DNA from: a candidate division WOR-3 bacterium
GTDB lineage: Bacteria; Hydrothermota; Tepidihabitantia; SM23-42; JAOAFX01
Length of the DNA: 43,453 bases
Assembly: GCA_037444665.1 (NCBI GenBank)
Contig: JBBILZ010000018.1
Location: forward strand, 1-43,453
Reading direction: 5' to 3'
Made by a program: the position numbers and the translations under genes. Position 1 is the first letter of the stretch, and every line of letters begins with the position of its first letter. Positions 30,801 to 40,204 of this stretch are shown piece by piece. The notes under the pieces are model-generated. The model was not told the origin of the DNA. It saw only the letters and a list, made by a program, of their open reading frames with translations, and searched no databases.

Positions 30801-31168
30801 AGACGAATACACTCGGTATCTATATTGCGGGTGCAGCACACGGACCAAAAGATATTCCTGAGACTGTTGCTCAGGCATCTGGCGCAGCAAGCAAGGCAAT
30901 CGGAATTCTATCCCAGCCCAAGATTACATTTGAGCCATTAATTGCTACTGTTGATGAGAATCTCTGTTCAGGATGCAGTGTCTGTATTGGTGTTTGCCCA
31001 TTTGGTGCCAGGGAAAAAGATAAAGAAAAGAATATTGCAAAAGTCATTGATGCCCTTTGCCAGGGTTGTGGTGCGTGTTGTGCGGCATGTCCGAGTGGTG
31101 CATCACAATTGAAAAACCTCAGGGATAAGACCGTGCTTGAAATGGTGAGCGTTGCAATAAAAGATTGA
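27857..31168 (+). CDS. hdrA: Heterodisulfide reductase subunit A-like protein with inserted GltD/NfnB-type NAD(P)-binding module (HdrL-like)
   Basis: VFICHCG, ANIREQCSW, GGGIAG, TFPTLDCSQC; insert PCRSACP/VCGRVCNHPCE/GSGPAG/GGGNAA/GVFAGGD; FIQCAGSRD, YCSKICC; C-terminal ferredoxin. Confidence 0.9.
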   Translation: MKKIGVFICHCGINIAKTVDVEALTEEIKKYPGVVHAENYKYMCSDPGQNLIVKAIKEKKLDAVLVAACSPTLHEPTFRNTTERGGLNRYVCEMANIREQCSWVHEDKTIATRKAGDIIKTMIQKVRFNEALEPILVDVTKRALVIGGGIAGIQAALDIANAGIETILVERSPSIGGRMAQLSETFPTLDCSQCILTPKMVEVVQNKNIKLMPYSEVEDVTGTVGNFKVKIKQKSTFVDWNKCNGCGDCALVCPVLIPNEFEENLTTRTAIYRPFPQAVPNRFTITKKGHPPCRSACPAGVNAQGYVALIRAGKYKEALALERDANPFASVCGRVCNHPCETECVRGEVEDAISIASLKRFIADFGDYPLTQRKPTGEKIAVVGSGPAGLACAYFLARKNYQVTVYEAEDVIGGLLYWGIPAFRLPRNELKKDIDYIKSFGVEFKTGIKVGKDISLEQLQKGNRAVFLGTGAPEELKLNIEGETLQGVLHCVSFLKEINLGRKITLGKKVVVIGGGNAAIDSARVAKRLGSDVTILYRRSIKEMPANPWEVEEALKEGVKIEFLVAPNKILGKEKVEQIECIRMELGAPDATGRRRPVAIPGSEFNLTIDNVIVAISQKPVVDWLGDEYELTKWGTLKVDSETLMTNVPGVFAGGDLVSGPATVIEAVAAGKKAADSIDAFLTGVKFEHKKWPVARPDPEKLKSIPKKARAQMPKIALDERNGFKEVELGFDEKTAKDEANRCLNCAICSECLECERVCEPKAINHLMEDKIVEFDIGAIVVTSGYDIYEPERLKEYGYGTSPDIITSLQFERLLSASGPTAGEVKRPSDGKVPKRVVFIQCAGSRDKENHLEYCSKICCMYTAKHAILYKHRVHDGEPIIFYIDVRTPGKGFEEFYNRATDEGAIYIRGKVSKVYPENGKIIVLGADTLVGKKIEVEADMVVLAMGMVPTRNNEEFIRKLKIQCDANAFLTEAHPKLRPVETNTLGIYIAGAAHGPKDIPETVAQASGAASKAIGILSQPKITFEPLIATVDENLCSGCSVCIGVCPFGAREKDKEKNIAKVIDALCQGCGACCAACPSGASQLKNLRDKTVLEMVSVAIKD

Positions 31169-31470
31169 TTATTAAGTTCTGGCGCAAGCCACTTGATATA
31201 GATAAGATTAAGATCCCGATAGGCGAAATCCATATAATTAAGGACCGGTGTAAAGGTTGTGGTTTTTGCGTTGAATACTGTCCAAAAAAGGTCCTTGAGG
31301 TATCCAAGGAATTTAATTCCAAAGGCTATCATCCACCACTGGTTAGAAATCCTGATGCCTGTCGTGAATGCCATCTCTGCGAGATGCTTTGTCCTGAATT
31401 TGCCATCTATATTACATTAAAGGAAGAGAAACCAGTGAGTGATATCATTGACCAGTTAGAGATGAAATGA
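31165..31470 (+). CDS. 2x[4Fe-4S] ferredoxin, oxidoreductase delta subunit
   Basis: CKGCGFCVEYCP, NSKGYHPP, CRECHLCEMLCP. Confidence 0.88.
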   Translation: MIIKFWRKPLDIDKIKIPIGEIHIIKDRCKGCGFCVEYCPKKVLEVSKEFNSKGYHPPLVRNPDACRECHLCEMLCPEFAIYITLKEEKPVSDIIDQLEMK

Positions 31471-32681
31471 ATGAACCTGATAAAACTTTGTTAAGCGGAA
31501 AATATTTGTTGTCCGGTGCTGAGGCATGTGTTGAAGGTGCTTTTATTGCTGGATGCAGGTTTCTGGCAGGCTATCCGATAGTGCCGGCACTTAATATTTA
31601 TCATCATTATCTAAAAAGGGCAAAGGATTTAGGGGCAACATATATTCAGATGGAAGATGAGATTTCTGCCCTTGCGGCAGTGCTTGGTGCTTCCTGGAGC
31701 GGCAAAAAATCTATGACTGCTACTGCTGGACCCGGCTCTTCATTAATGATGGAACACTTTGGTTTGGGTGTAATGCTTGAAACTCCTTGTGTTATTGTGA
31801 ATGTGCAACATATTGGACCAGGCCCTGGTATGCCCACAGCGCCATTTCAAGGTGATGTAATGCAATCAAGATGGGGCTCACATGGTGATTATGAAACAAT
31901 TGTTCTTGCCCCTTCATCGGCTCAGGAGATGTTCAACTTTACAATCAAAGCGTTTAACTTTTCTGAACATTATCGTGTGCCAGTGGTGGTGCTTTCTGAT
32001 GCATACCTTGCCGATGAGAAGGAAGAGGTGATTGTCCCGGCATTAGAAAAGATTGAGATAGAACCAAGGCGATATTATGATGGGCCAAAGGAGAAATATC
32101 TTCCATATAAAAGAGAAGCCGACTTCGTTCCTTTAATGGTTGATACTGGTAAAGGTTATAAATTTCATGTCACAGGCCTTACACATGATGAGCGCGGTTA
32201 TCCAGTAATGAATGAAGAATGTCAGGAATTTAATGTTCATCCACTCGTCTGGAAGATTAGAAAAAATGCAGATAAGATAATTAATTTTACTGAGGTAAAA
32301 ACGGATGATGCAGATGTTATTGTCATTACTTATGGTCTTGGATACAGAACATGCCTCAGCGTAGTAGAACAGTTAAGAGCCGAAGGTATTAGGGTAGGTC
32401 TTTTAAAACTGAATGTGATCTGGCCATTTCCAGAAAAGCGAATATATGAAACAGCAAAAAAGGTAAAGGGTATTGTAGTGATGGAAATGAATTGCGGACA
32501 GGTTGTGTATGAGGTTGAACGAATAGCTGGAGGAGCTACAAATGTGCTATTTACCTTACAGAGTATTAATAAAGCAGACACAACCCGGAATTTAATTTCA
32601 GCAATAAATCATGCTTTAAAGATTAACGGAGTTAAAGACAAAATTATCGGATTAAATGATTTAATGAGTGCAGGAGATTAA
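31467..32681 (+). CDS. 2-oxoacid:ferredoxin oxidoreductase alpha subunit, divergent copy
   Basis: AGYPIVP, QMEDE, RWGSHGDY, GLTHDERG, WPFP. Confidence 0.88.
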   Translation: MNEPDKTLLSGKYLLSGAEACVEGAFIAGCRFLAGYPIVPALNIYHHYLKRAKDLGATYIQMEDEISALAAVLGASWSGKKSMTATAGPGSSLMMEHFGLGVMLETPCVIVNVQHIGPGPGMPTAPFQGDVMQSRWGSHGDYETIVLAPSSAQEMFNFTIKAFNFSEHYRVPVVVLSDAYLADEKEEVIVPALEKIEIEPRRYYDGPKEKYLPYKREADFVPLMVDTGKGYKFHVTGLTHDERGYPVMNEECQEFNVHPLVWKIRKNADKIINFTEVKTDDADVIVITYGLGYRTCLSVVEQLRAEGIRVGLLKLNVIWPFPEKRIYETAKKVKGIVVMEMNCGQVVYEVERIAGGATNVLFTLQSINKADTTRNLISAINHALKINGVKDKIIGLNDLMSAGD

Positions 32682-33525
32682 AATGGAGACATTGACGAAA
32701 ATACCTAAAGAGATACATCCAATGGAAAATTTGCTCCGGATGGAGCGGATCCCCCATATCTGGTGTCCGGGGTGCGGTATTGGCCTGGCAGTCACGGCAT
32801 TTGCTGCTGCAATTGATAAAGCAAAGATAGATTTGAATAAAGTGGTGGTTGTTTCAGGTATTGGATGTACAGGAAGGGTTGCGGGTTATATGAAACTTGA
32901 TTCATTCCATACCACACATGGTCGGGCGATTGCCTTTGCTACAGGTATCAAACTTGCTAATCCTGAATTAAAGGTTGTAGTAATTTCTGGTGATGGCGAT
33001 TTGATTGCCATTGGTGGTAATCATTTTATCCATGCCGCACGCCGTAATATTGATATGGTTGTAATCTGTGTAAATAATTTTATCTATGCAATGACCGGTG
33101 GCCAGGTTGCACCAACTACCCCATTAGGTGCTTATAGTACTACATCTCCGTACGGTTGTGTAGTAGAACCTTTCAATATTCCATATATTGCGGATTCCTC
33201 AGGTGCAGTATATGTTGCGCGCTGGACTGTGCTTGATGTGCGTCGCCTTACCAATTCCATTAATGAAGCATTGAATAAAAAAGGTTTTTCAGTAATAGAG
33301 GCAATCTCGCCCTGTGCCCAGTATTATTCAAGAACAAATCGGCTCGGTGAAGGCATAGATATGTTAAGATTCTATCATGATAATTCAGAAATCAGGCATG
33401 GTGAAGATACAAAGAATTTAGATATTGGTTTTCAGACAAAGATTATTGTGGGGAAATTTGTAGACCGTGAACGGCCGACTTATTTAGAAGTATACAATAA
33501 AAAACTTCAGGAAATGGAAGTTTAA
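32668..33525 (+). CDS. 2-oxoacid:ferredoxin oxidoreductase beta subunit (KorB-like, canonical motifs)
   Basis: WCPGCG, SGIGC, HTTHGR, GDGD, NN.IYAMTGGQ, SPC. Confidence 0.92.
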   Translation: MQEIKMETLTKIPKEIHPMENLLRMERIPHIWCPGCGIGLAVTAFAAAIDKAKIDLNKVVVVSGIGCTGRVAGYMKLDSFHTTHGRAIAFATGIKLANPELKVVVISGDGDLIAIGGNHFIHAARRNIDMVVICVNNFIYAMTGGQVAPTTPLGAYSTTSPYGCVVEPFNIPYIADSSGAVYVARWTVLDVRRLTNSINEALNKKGFSVIEAISPCAQYYSRTNRLGEGIDMLRFYHDNSEIRHGEDTKNLDIGFQTKIIVGKFVDRERPTYLEVYNKKLQEMEV

Positions 33526-33526
33526 A

Positions 33527-34777
33527 ATTAAGGCAAATCCTAATGATGTCTTCACTGGTAATTATTATATAGATGGTGATGTTGCCGCAGGTTATGGTGC
33601 GCTTGCTGCGGGCTGTAAATTTGTCGCAGGCTATCCAATAACACCATCAACCGAAGCATTTGAGGCAATGTGCCGGAGAGGTCCATATACTGGAGCAATC
33701 TTTATTCAGATGGAAGATGAACTTGCTTCTATCGCTGCAGTAATAGGTGCGCGCTGGGCAGGAGCCAGGTCAATGACCATTACTTCAGGCCCTGGTTATT
33801 CATTGATGATGGAAGCAATTGGTTATGGAGCAATGACTGAGACGCCTTTTGTGCTTCTGAATATTCAGCGCACTGGTCCATCTACTGGTGTTCCGACCAA
33901 GACTGGCCAGGCAGATATTATGCAATCGCGCTGGGGTTCACATGGTGATTATGAAATCATTGCAATCTCACCTGATTCTCCACAGGAACTATTTGATTAC
34001 ACAATAAAGGCATTTAATTTAGCAGAACGATATCGCTGTCCAGTAATGATAATGTCTGATGAATGTGTTGGTCATATGACCGAAAAGGTTGTTATTCCTG
34101 AAGCGGATAAGATTGAAATAGAATCACCGCGGATATATACTGGTCCAGCAGAAGAATACTTCCCATTCAAACCAAAATCAGACCTGGTGCCGGATATGGC
34201 AAAGGCAGGTGAGGGGTTGAGATTATACATTACCGGCCTCCTCCATGATGAACGTGGTTATCCAGTAACAAAAGAAGAATTTAAAACACAATATTTAAAA
34301 AGGCTGGTGGATAAGATCCGACTCAATAAAGATAAGATTATTGAAATAAGAGAAGAAGATACTGAAAACGCCGAAGTTGTAGTGGTCGCCTATGGTATAT
34401 CAGCACGGGTTGCAAATAAGGGAATTGAGATTGCAAAAAATCGGGGAATAAAAGTTGGTAGTATTCGTCTTATCACGGTCTGGCCATTTCCGGATGAAAG
34501 GATAAATGAGTTATCAAAGAAGGTGAAGGCATTCGTCGTTCCTGAAATTAATTATGGCCAGATTGTATATGAAGTGGCGCGTTGTGTACATGGCAGGTCA
34601 AATGTGATGCTTGTTCCACATGGAGGTGCGGGTGTTCATAATCCCGATGATATTGCAGATGCAATTGAATATGTGGTGAAACAGACAGCAATATATGAAG
34701 GTGTTATTGAATTCAAAACAACCCTTGAAAAGAAAATTTTTGAAAAAGTAATTAAAATGGTCGGGAGAGAAGAATGA
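33527..34777 (+). CDS. 2-oxoacid:ferredoxin oxidoreductase alpha subunit (KorA-like, canonical motifs), probable non-ATG start
   Basis: The frame of ORF 33668 extends 47 codons upstream (KANPNDVFTG...AGYPITPSTE) with no ATG/GTG/TTG; ATT at 33527 follows GGAAG; QRTGPSTG present. Confidence 0.85.
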   Translation: MKANPNDVFTGNYYIDGDVAAGYGALAAGCKFVAGYPITPSTEAFEAMCRRGPYTGAIFIQMEDELASIAAVIGARWAGARSMTITSGPGYSLMMEAIGYGAMTETPFVLLNIQRTGPSTGVPTKTGQADIMQSRWGSHGDYEIIAISPDSPQELFDYTIKAFNLAERYRCPVMIMSDECVGHMTEKVVIPEADKIEIESPRIYTGPAEEYFPFKPKSDLVPDMAKAGEGLRLYITGLLHDERGYPVTKEEFKTQYLKRLVDKIRLNKDKIIEIREEDTENAEVVVVAYGISARVANKGIEIAKNRGIKVGSIRLITVWPFPDERINELSKKVKAFVVPEINYGQIVYEVARCVHGRSNVMLVPHGGAGVHNPDDIADAIEYVVKQTAIYEGVIEFKTTLEKKIFEKVIKMVGREE

Positions 34778-35520
34778 ATCTTTTTATTGATATTCTTGAC
34801 CGGGCGATTGAAAAATCAGGAGTGCTTCGTAAAAATATTTCAGTCGTATCAGATATTCCATTTGCTCCTGCAACAACAAAAAATTTAGGGATAGATTTTT
34901 TTCATACAATGCGCGGTCGCACCATTGCCTTCGCAACAGGGATGAAATTGGCAAATCCCGGGCTTAAAGTTATGCCTGTTGTTGGTGACCTTATCACCAT
35001 TGGTGGAAACCATCTGGTTCATACTGCACGAAGGAATATGGATTTACTGGTTATCTGTATTAATAGTTTTGTCTATTCACGGATTGCGGGACAACCTGCC
35101 CCCAAATCAGCACTCCCATTTTCCCCTTATTCACCATTTGAAGAACCATTTAATATCCCGCATCTTGCCAATTCCTGTGGTGCAGTGTATACTGCACGAT
35201 GGACTGCACTCCATTCTGAACAATTGATAGATTCTATTGCCGAAGCAATGAACAAAAAGGGACTTTCTGTGATAGAAGTTCTCTTGCCCGGTCCCAATTT
35301 TTATAATGATATTGAAAAAATAAATGAAGAACTATTAAAATTTTACTTTGAAAATTGTATAATAAAAGAAAATCTTGAGCCGCGAAATGTTCCTATATTA
35401 CCCGAAGAGAAGATTATCGTGGGTAAGTTTACAGATAAACAGAGACCGACATTCCTTGAAAGATATAATAATCAGTTGAGTAAAGCACTGGGTGAAAAAT
35501 TCAAGCCTTATGGAGTCTAA
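34774..35520 (+). CDS. 2-oxoacid:ferredoxin oxidoreductase beta-like subunit with degenerate cofactor motifs
   Basis: FHTMRGRTIAFATGMKLANP, GGNHLVHTARRN, YTARWT; lacks CPGCG, SGIGC and GDG. Confidence 0.82.
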   Translation: MNLFIDILDRAIEKSGVLRKNISVVSDIPFAPATTKNLGIDFFHTMRGRTIAFATGMKLANPGLKVMPVVGDLITIGGNHLVHTARRNMDLLVICINSFVYSRIAGQPAPKSALPFSPYSPFEEPFNIPHLANSCGAVYTARWTALHSEQLIDSIAEAMNKKGLSVIEVLLPGPNFYNDIEKINEELLKFYFENCIIKENLEPRNVPILPEEKIIVGKFTDKQRPTFLERYNNQLSKALGEKFKPYGV

Positions 35521-35522
35521 TT

Positions 35523-36068
35523 ATGCCTGAAATAAGATTTGCTGGTTATGGGGGACAGGGTATTATTCGAGCTGGATTGATTGTCGGTAAGGCAGCTGCA
35601 CTCTATGACAATAAGCATGCCACAATGAACCAGGATTTTGGTCCTGAGGCAAGAGGTGGTGCCTGTAGTTCCCAATTGGTCATTTCTGATACCAGGGTTC
35701 TATATCCCTATGTTACAAAATCGGATTGTTTGATTGCTATGTCTCAGGAAGGATATAACAAATTTGAGGCTGAATTGAAAGATAATGGTATGTTACTTAT
35801 TGATAAAGATTTAGTTAACCCCAGAATGGTTCGGCAGGGCATTAAGATTTATCGCATTCCTGCTACCCGTTTTGCTGAAGAACTCCGCAGCAGAATCAGT
35901 GCCAATGTGGTGATGCTCGGATTCTTTACGGCAATAACAAAATTTGTGAGTGAAGATGCAATGAAAAAAGCCATTCCCACTCTGGTACCTGAAAAGGCTG
36001 TGGACACTAACTTAAAGGCATTCCAGCGAGGGTATGATTACGGACTCCAGGCATTAAATAATCAGTAA
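35523..36068 (+). CDS. 2-oxoacid:ferredoxin oxidoreductase gamma subunit (KorC-like)
   Basis: IRFAGYGGQG, FGPEARGG, ANVVMLG, NLKAF..G. Confidence 0.92.
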   Translation: MPEIRFAGYGGQGIIRAGLIVGKAAALYDNKHATMNQDFGPEARGGACSSQLVISDTRVLYPYVTKSDCLIAMSQEGYNKFEAELKDNGMLLIDKDLVNPRMVRQGIKIYRIPATRFAEELRSRISANVVMLGFFTAITKFVSEDAMKKAIPTLVPEKAVDTNLKAFQRGYDYGLQALNNQ

Positions 36069-36141
36069 TTAAAATTTTTTATGTTTTGATTGTTTGTATC
36101 TAATTACAGGTAATGATACAAACATAATTACCAGGAGGTTT

Positions 36142-39100
36142 ATGCAGAAAGGGGTTCTGGTTATCGGGGGTGGTATTGCAGGTATTCAGGCTGCCCTTGA
36201 CCTGGCAAATGCGCAATTCCGGGTATATCTTGTGGAAAAATGCCCGAACATTGGCGGAAGAATGGCTCAACTCCACAAGATATTTACCTCAATGGATTGC
36301 ACGGCTTGAATACTCGGTCCAAAGATGATGGATGTCGGTCGACATCCTAATATTACCCTGTATACGCTCTCTGAAGTAAGAGAAGTTAAAGGTGAGGCAG
36401 GGGATTTTTCGGTCAAAATTATAAAACACCCCAGATATGTAAATATTAATCAATGTACTGCTTGTGGTGACTGTGCCAAGGTCTGTCCGATGGTTGTCCC
36501 CAATGAGTTTGATTTAGGGCTTAAATCAAGAAAGGCGATATATACTCCTTATAACCAGGCAGTGCCTTCAGCTTATATCCGGGTAAAAGAAGAGTGCCTT
36601 GATAATGTACCGGAGCGGGCAAGAAAAATAATGAAGCGAATACAGGAAAAGAGAGAAAAAAAATATACCCCCTGGGAACTCATTGCCTGCGGTAAGTGTA
36701 TACAAGCCTATAAGGCAAAGTGTATAAATTTTGATGAGCCAGAGGAGATTATTGATTTAAATGTTGGCGCAATTGTTGTTGCAACAGGAGTAGCATACTA
36801 TGACCCCAGAGAGGCGAGTGAATATGGGTATACAAGGTTTGAAAATGTTGTGACCAGTTTTGAATTAGAGCGATTGCTGGATGCGGCAAGTCCTACCCGG
36901 GGAGAGTTGCTCACTTTTACAAATGTTCGCCAGCCGAGGCGGATTGCTTTTATCCAGTGCGTTGGCTCCCGTAATATGAAAGCAGATATTCCATTCTGCT
37001 CAAGAATCTGTTGTATGAATACAATCAAAGATACGCTGGTGATTAGAGAACACTATCCCGATACAGAAATAATGGTATTCTATATTGATATACGGGCATT
37101 TGGTAAGGGATTTGAAGAGTTTTATAGAAGGAGCCTTAATGCGGGAGTAAAATACATCAAAGGTAAACCATCAAAGATTATTGAAGATAAAAAAACTGGT
37201 GAATTACTCCTTGCCTATGAAGACCAGTTAAAAGGAGAAATCAAAAATCTGGTTGTTGATATGGTTGTTCTTTCATCAGCAATGGTGCCAAGTGAGGGAA
37301 CAAAAAATCTTTCGCAAATATTAGGTATTGAGCTGGATAAAGATGGTTTCTTTAAAGAGCAGGACCCGTGCAGTTACCCCCTGGAATCAACCAGACCTGG
37401 TATCTATGTATGTGGCTGTGCTACAGGAGCAAAAGATATTACAGATGCCATTGCTGAGGCAAGCGGTGTTGCAGCAAAAGCGGGTGTGCTGGTTAAAGAA
37501 AGTGTCGTTGAAGAAAAAAAAGAAGAGATTTTACCACTTGACCTCTCTGGTCCGCTTCGTGTTGGTGTCTTTGTTTGCCATTGCGGCACGAATATTAGTG
37601 CAGTTCTGGATATTAAACAGATTTGTGAATATGCAGCAAAATTAAAGGATGTTGTTTTTGTTGATAACTATCTATTTGCATGTGCCGAGAGTGTGCAGAA
37701 AAAGATTCAAGAGGCAATCTTGCAAAATAAATTGAATCGTATAGTTGTAGCAGCATGCACACCAAAGACACACGAAGGTGTTTTTCAGGAGACACTTTTA
37801 AAGATTGGATTTAATCCCTATTTATTTGATATGGCAAATATCAGGAATCAGTGTTCCTGGGTCCATCAGCACGACCCAGAAATGGCTACAGAAAAGGCAA
37901 AAGAGATTGTAAAAATGTCAGTGCAAAGGGTAAAGAGATTAGAACCCCTATCACCTAAAGCATTGAATGTAGGAAGGGAAGTGCTGGTTATTGGTGGCGG
38001 TGTTTCTGGCATCCAATGTGCGATTGACCTAACAAATCGTGGATTCAAGGTCTATTTGATTGAAAAAGAAAAGGAACTTGGTGGAAGGGTGCAAAGGTTG
38101 TCCAGTGTTTACCCAGCAGGTATGAGCGGCGCATCATTGATTGAGAAAAAGAAAAGAGAGTTAAACGATAAGGGTGTTGAGAGCTATACTGATGCAGATA
38201 TCAAGGATATCAAGGGATTTGTTGGAAATTTTGAAATAAAAGTTGCAACACGAGGAAAAGAACTGGATTTAAAAGTTGGCGCAATTGTGCTGGCGATCGG
38301 TGCGGACCTTTATAAACCACTGGATAAATTTGGCTACGGACAATTCTCCAATGTTCATACCAGTATGGAACTGGAGAATATGCTCATAGAAAATTCAGAA
38401 AATCTGCAAGGTCTGAAGAGTGTGGCATTTATCCAGTGTGTTGGTTCACGGGCAGAAATAGGTAATACCTGGTGTTCAAGGTATTGCTGTCAGTCTGCAA
38501 TAAAACAGGCAATATTGTTGCGCAAAAAAGGAATTGATGTTACAATCTTCCACCGTGGGATAAGAGTTTATTCAAAGGGTGCAGAGATGATGTATCGTCA
38601 GGCAAGGGATATGGGTGTATTATTTATTCCTTATTCAGAACTGGCAAAAGGTGAAATACCAGAAGTCATTGGTGCCAGAAAAGCAGAGAAGATTGAAATG
38701 TATCTTGATGTAATTGACAAAGAGATTGTTGTGCCGGTTGATGCGGTTATTCTGTCTGTAGGTATGGTGCCCAATGGAAACGAGACAATGAAATTATCAG
38801 ATTTATTAAAGGTGCCCAGGGGGAGCGATTTATTCTTCTTAGAAAGGCATTCAAAATTTGGTCCTGTGGAAACAACAGTTGAAGGTGTATTCCTTGCCGG
38901 CTGTTGTATGTTTCCAATGGATATTGGTGATTCCATTTCCCAGGCATCAGCAGTGGCCGCTAAAGTATCTTCATTATTATCCAGGGATACAATTGTTTTG
39001 CCGCCAATAACTTCCTCAGTGGACGAAATCTACTGTCGTGGTTGCGGACGCTGTGTGGATGTGTGTGAATTTCATGCAATCTCGCTTATTGAAAAAGAGC

Positions 39101-39243
39101 CTGAGCTTTTTATCGCCAGAGTGAACGAGGCATTATGCAAGGGCTGTGGTACTTGTGTTCCTGCCTGTCCAACTGGTGCAATTGATTTGCGGCATTTTAA
39201 ATCCGAACAGATAAGTGCCCAACTTGAGGCATTGCTTAAATGA
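36142..39243 (+). CDS. hdrA: Selenocysteine-containing double HdrA-like flavoprotein
   Basis: AGGAGG RBS and ATG 36142. ORFs 36094-36309 and 36325-39243 are in one frame across TGA 36307-36309 (DCTA-U-ILGPK versus DCSQCILTPK in the first HdrA). Two GGGxxG and two FIQCVGSR modules, internal VCHCG. Confidence 0.87.
36330..36347 (+). promoter_or_regulatory. Candidate bacterial SECIS hairpin
   Basis: GGATGTC-GGTC-GACATCC perfect 7-bp stem with G/U-containing loop, starting 21 nt after the UGA. Confidence 0.65.
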
Positions 39244-39680
39244 ATTTCGAACCAAAAATTGTTGCCTTTTGTTGCAACTGGTGCTCTTATCCGGCAGCAG
39301 ATGGTGCGGGTGTTGCCCGATTACAGTATCCACCAAATATCCGGATTGTGCGCGTGATGTGCGGTGGCAGGGTGACACCGGGAATGGTGTTAAAGGCATT
39401 TGAACTTGGTGCAGATGGTGTCATTGTTGCCACCTGCCATTTTGAAGATTGCCATTACATATTCGGAGCAAGAAAGGCTGCAGATGTCCATAAGATAACT
39501 GAAAAACTTGTAGAGATGCTTGGTATTGAATCAGCAAGACTAAAACTTGATTGGATCTCTTCTGCGGAGACGACAAAATTCGCAAAAGTTGCCACAGAAT
39601 TTACAGAAACCATTAGAAGACTCGGACCGAGTTCTATAAATAAGAAGAAAGATAGTATATCGGAGAAAGAAGATGGGTAA
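39240..39680 (+). CDS. mvhD: MvhD/FlpD [2Fe-2S] subunit
   Basis: AFCCNWCSYPAAD, RVMCGGRV, CHFEDCHY, WISSAE. Confidence 0.93.
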   Translation: MNFEPKIVAFCCNWCSYPAADGAGVARLQYPPNIRIVRVMCGGRVTPGMVLKAFELGADGVIVATCHFEDCHYIFGARKAADVHKITEKLVEMLGIESARLKLDWISSAETTKFAKVATEFTETIRRLGPSSINKKKDSISEKEDG

Positions 39681-40101
39681 ATACACCGAAACTGAAAATT
39701 CGAAAAACGAAATACGAAATTCGAAACAAATTCAAAGGCCCAAAATACAAAATTCAAAACGATACGATCTTGAAGAACGTACAATTAAGTTCGCCAGAAG
39801 AGTCAGAGATTTCGTAAAACAATTGCCTAAAACGCTTGCAAATACTGAAGATATTAAACAATTAGTAAAATCATCGGGTTCTGTTGGTGCAAATTATATT
39901 GAAGCTAATGAAGCATTAAGTAAAAAAGACTTCATAATGAGAATAAAAATTTGCCGGAAAGAATCCAAGGAGAGTCGATATTGGCTGAAACTTTTGTGCA
40001 CAAATAATAAATTTGAGTTAGAGAACGAAAGACTATCATTGATTGATGAAGCGACTGAACTTATGAATATCTTCGGTTCCATAGTAAGGCGGAGTGAGTA
40101 A
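39673..40101 (+). CDS. Four helix bundle protein (23S rRNA IVP/bAvd-like fold)
   Basis: YDLEERT..FA, QLVKSSGSVGANYIEANEALSKKDF, KESKESRYWL. Confidence 0.88.
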   Translation: MGKYTETENSKNEIRNSKQIQRPKIQNSKRYDLEERTIKFARRVRDFVKQLPKTLANTEDIKQLVKSSGSVGANYIEANEALSKKDFIMRIKICRKESKESRYWLKLLCTNNKFELENERLSLIDEATELMNIFGSIVRRSE

Positions 40102-40204
40102 TGTCAGAGTTAATTAGAATTTGTTTTGAATTTCAATATTCGGATTTGTTTCGGAATTCGAAATTCGGATTTGTTTCGGAATTCGAAATTCGGATTTCGA
40201 ATTT
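39696..40204. mobile_element. Four-helix-bundle cassette bounded by inverted heptamer-rich arms
   Basis: Left arm AAATTCGAAAAACGAAATACGAAATTCGAAACAAATTC...AAAATTCAAAAC (39696-39760) is an imperfect reverse complement of the right arm GTTTTGAATTTC...TTCGGATTTCGAATTT (40123-40204). Confidence 0.6.
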
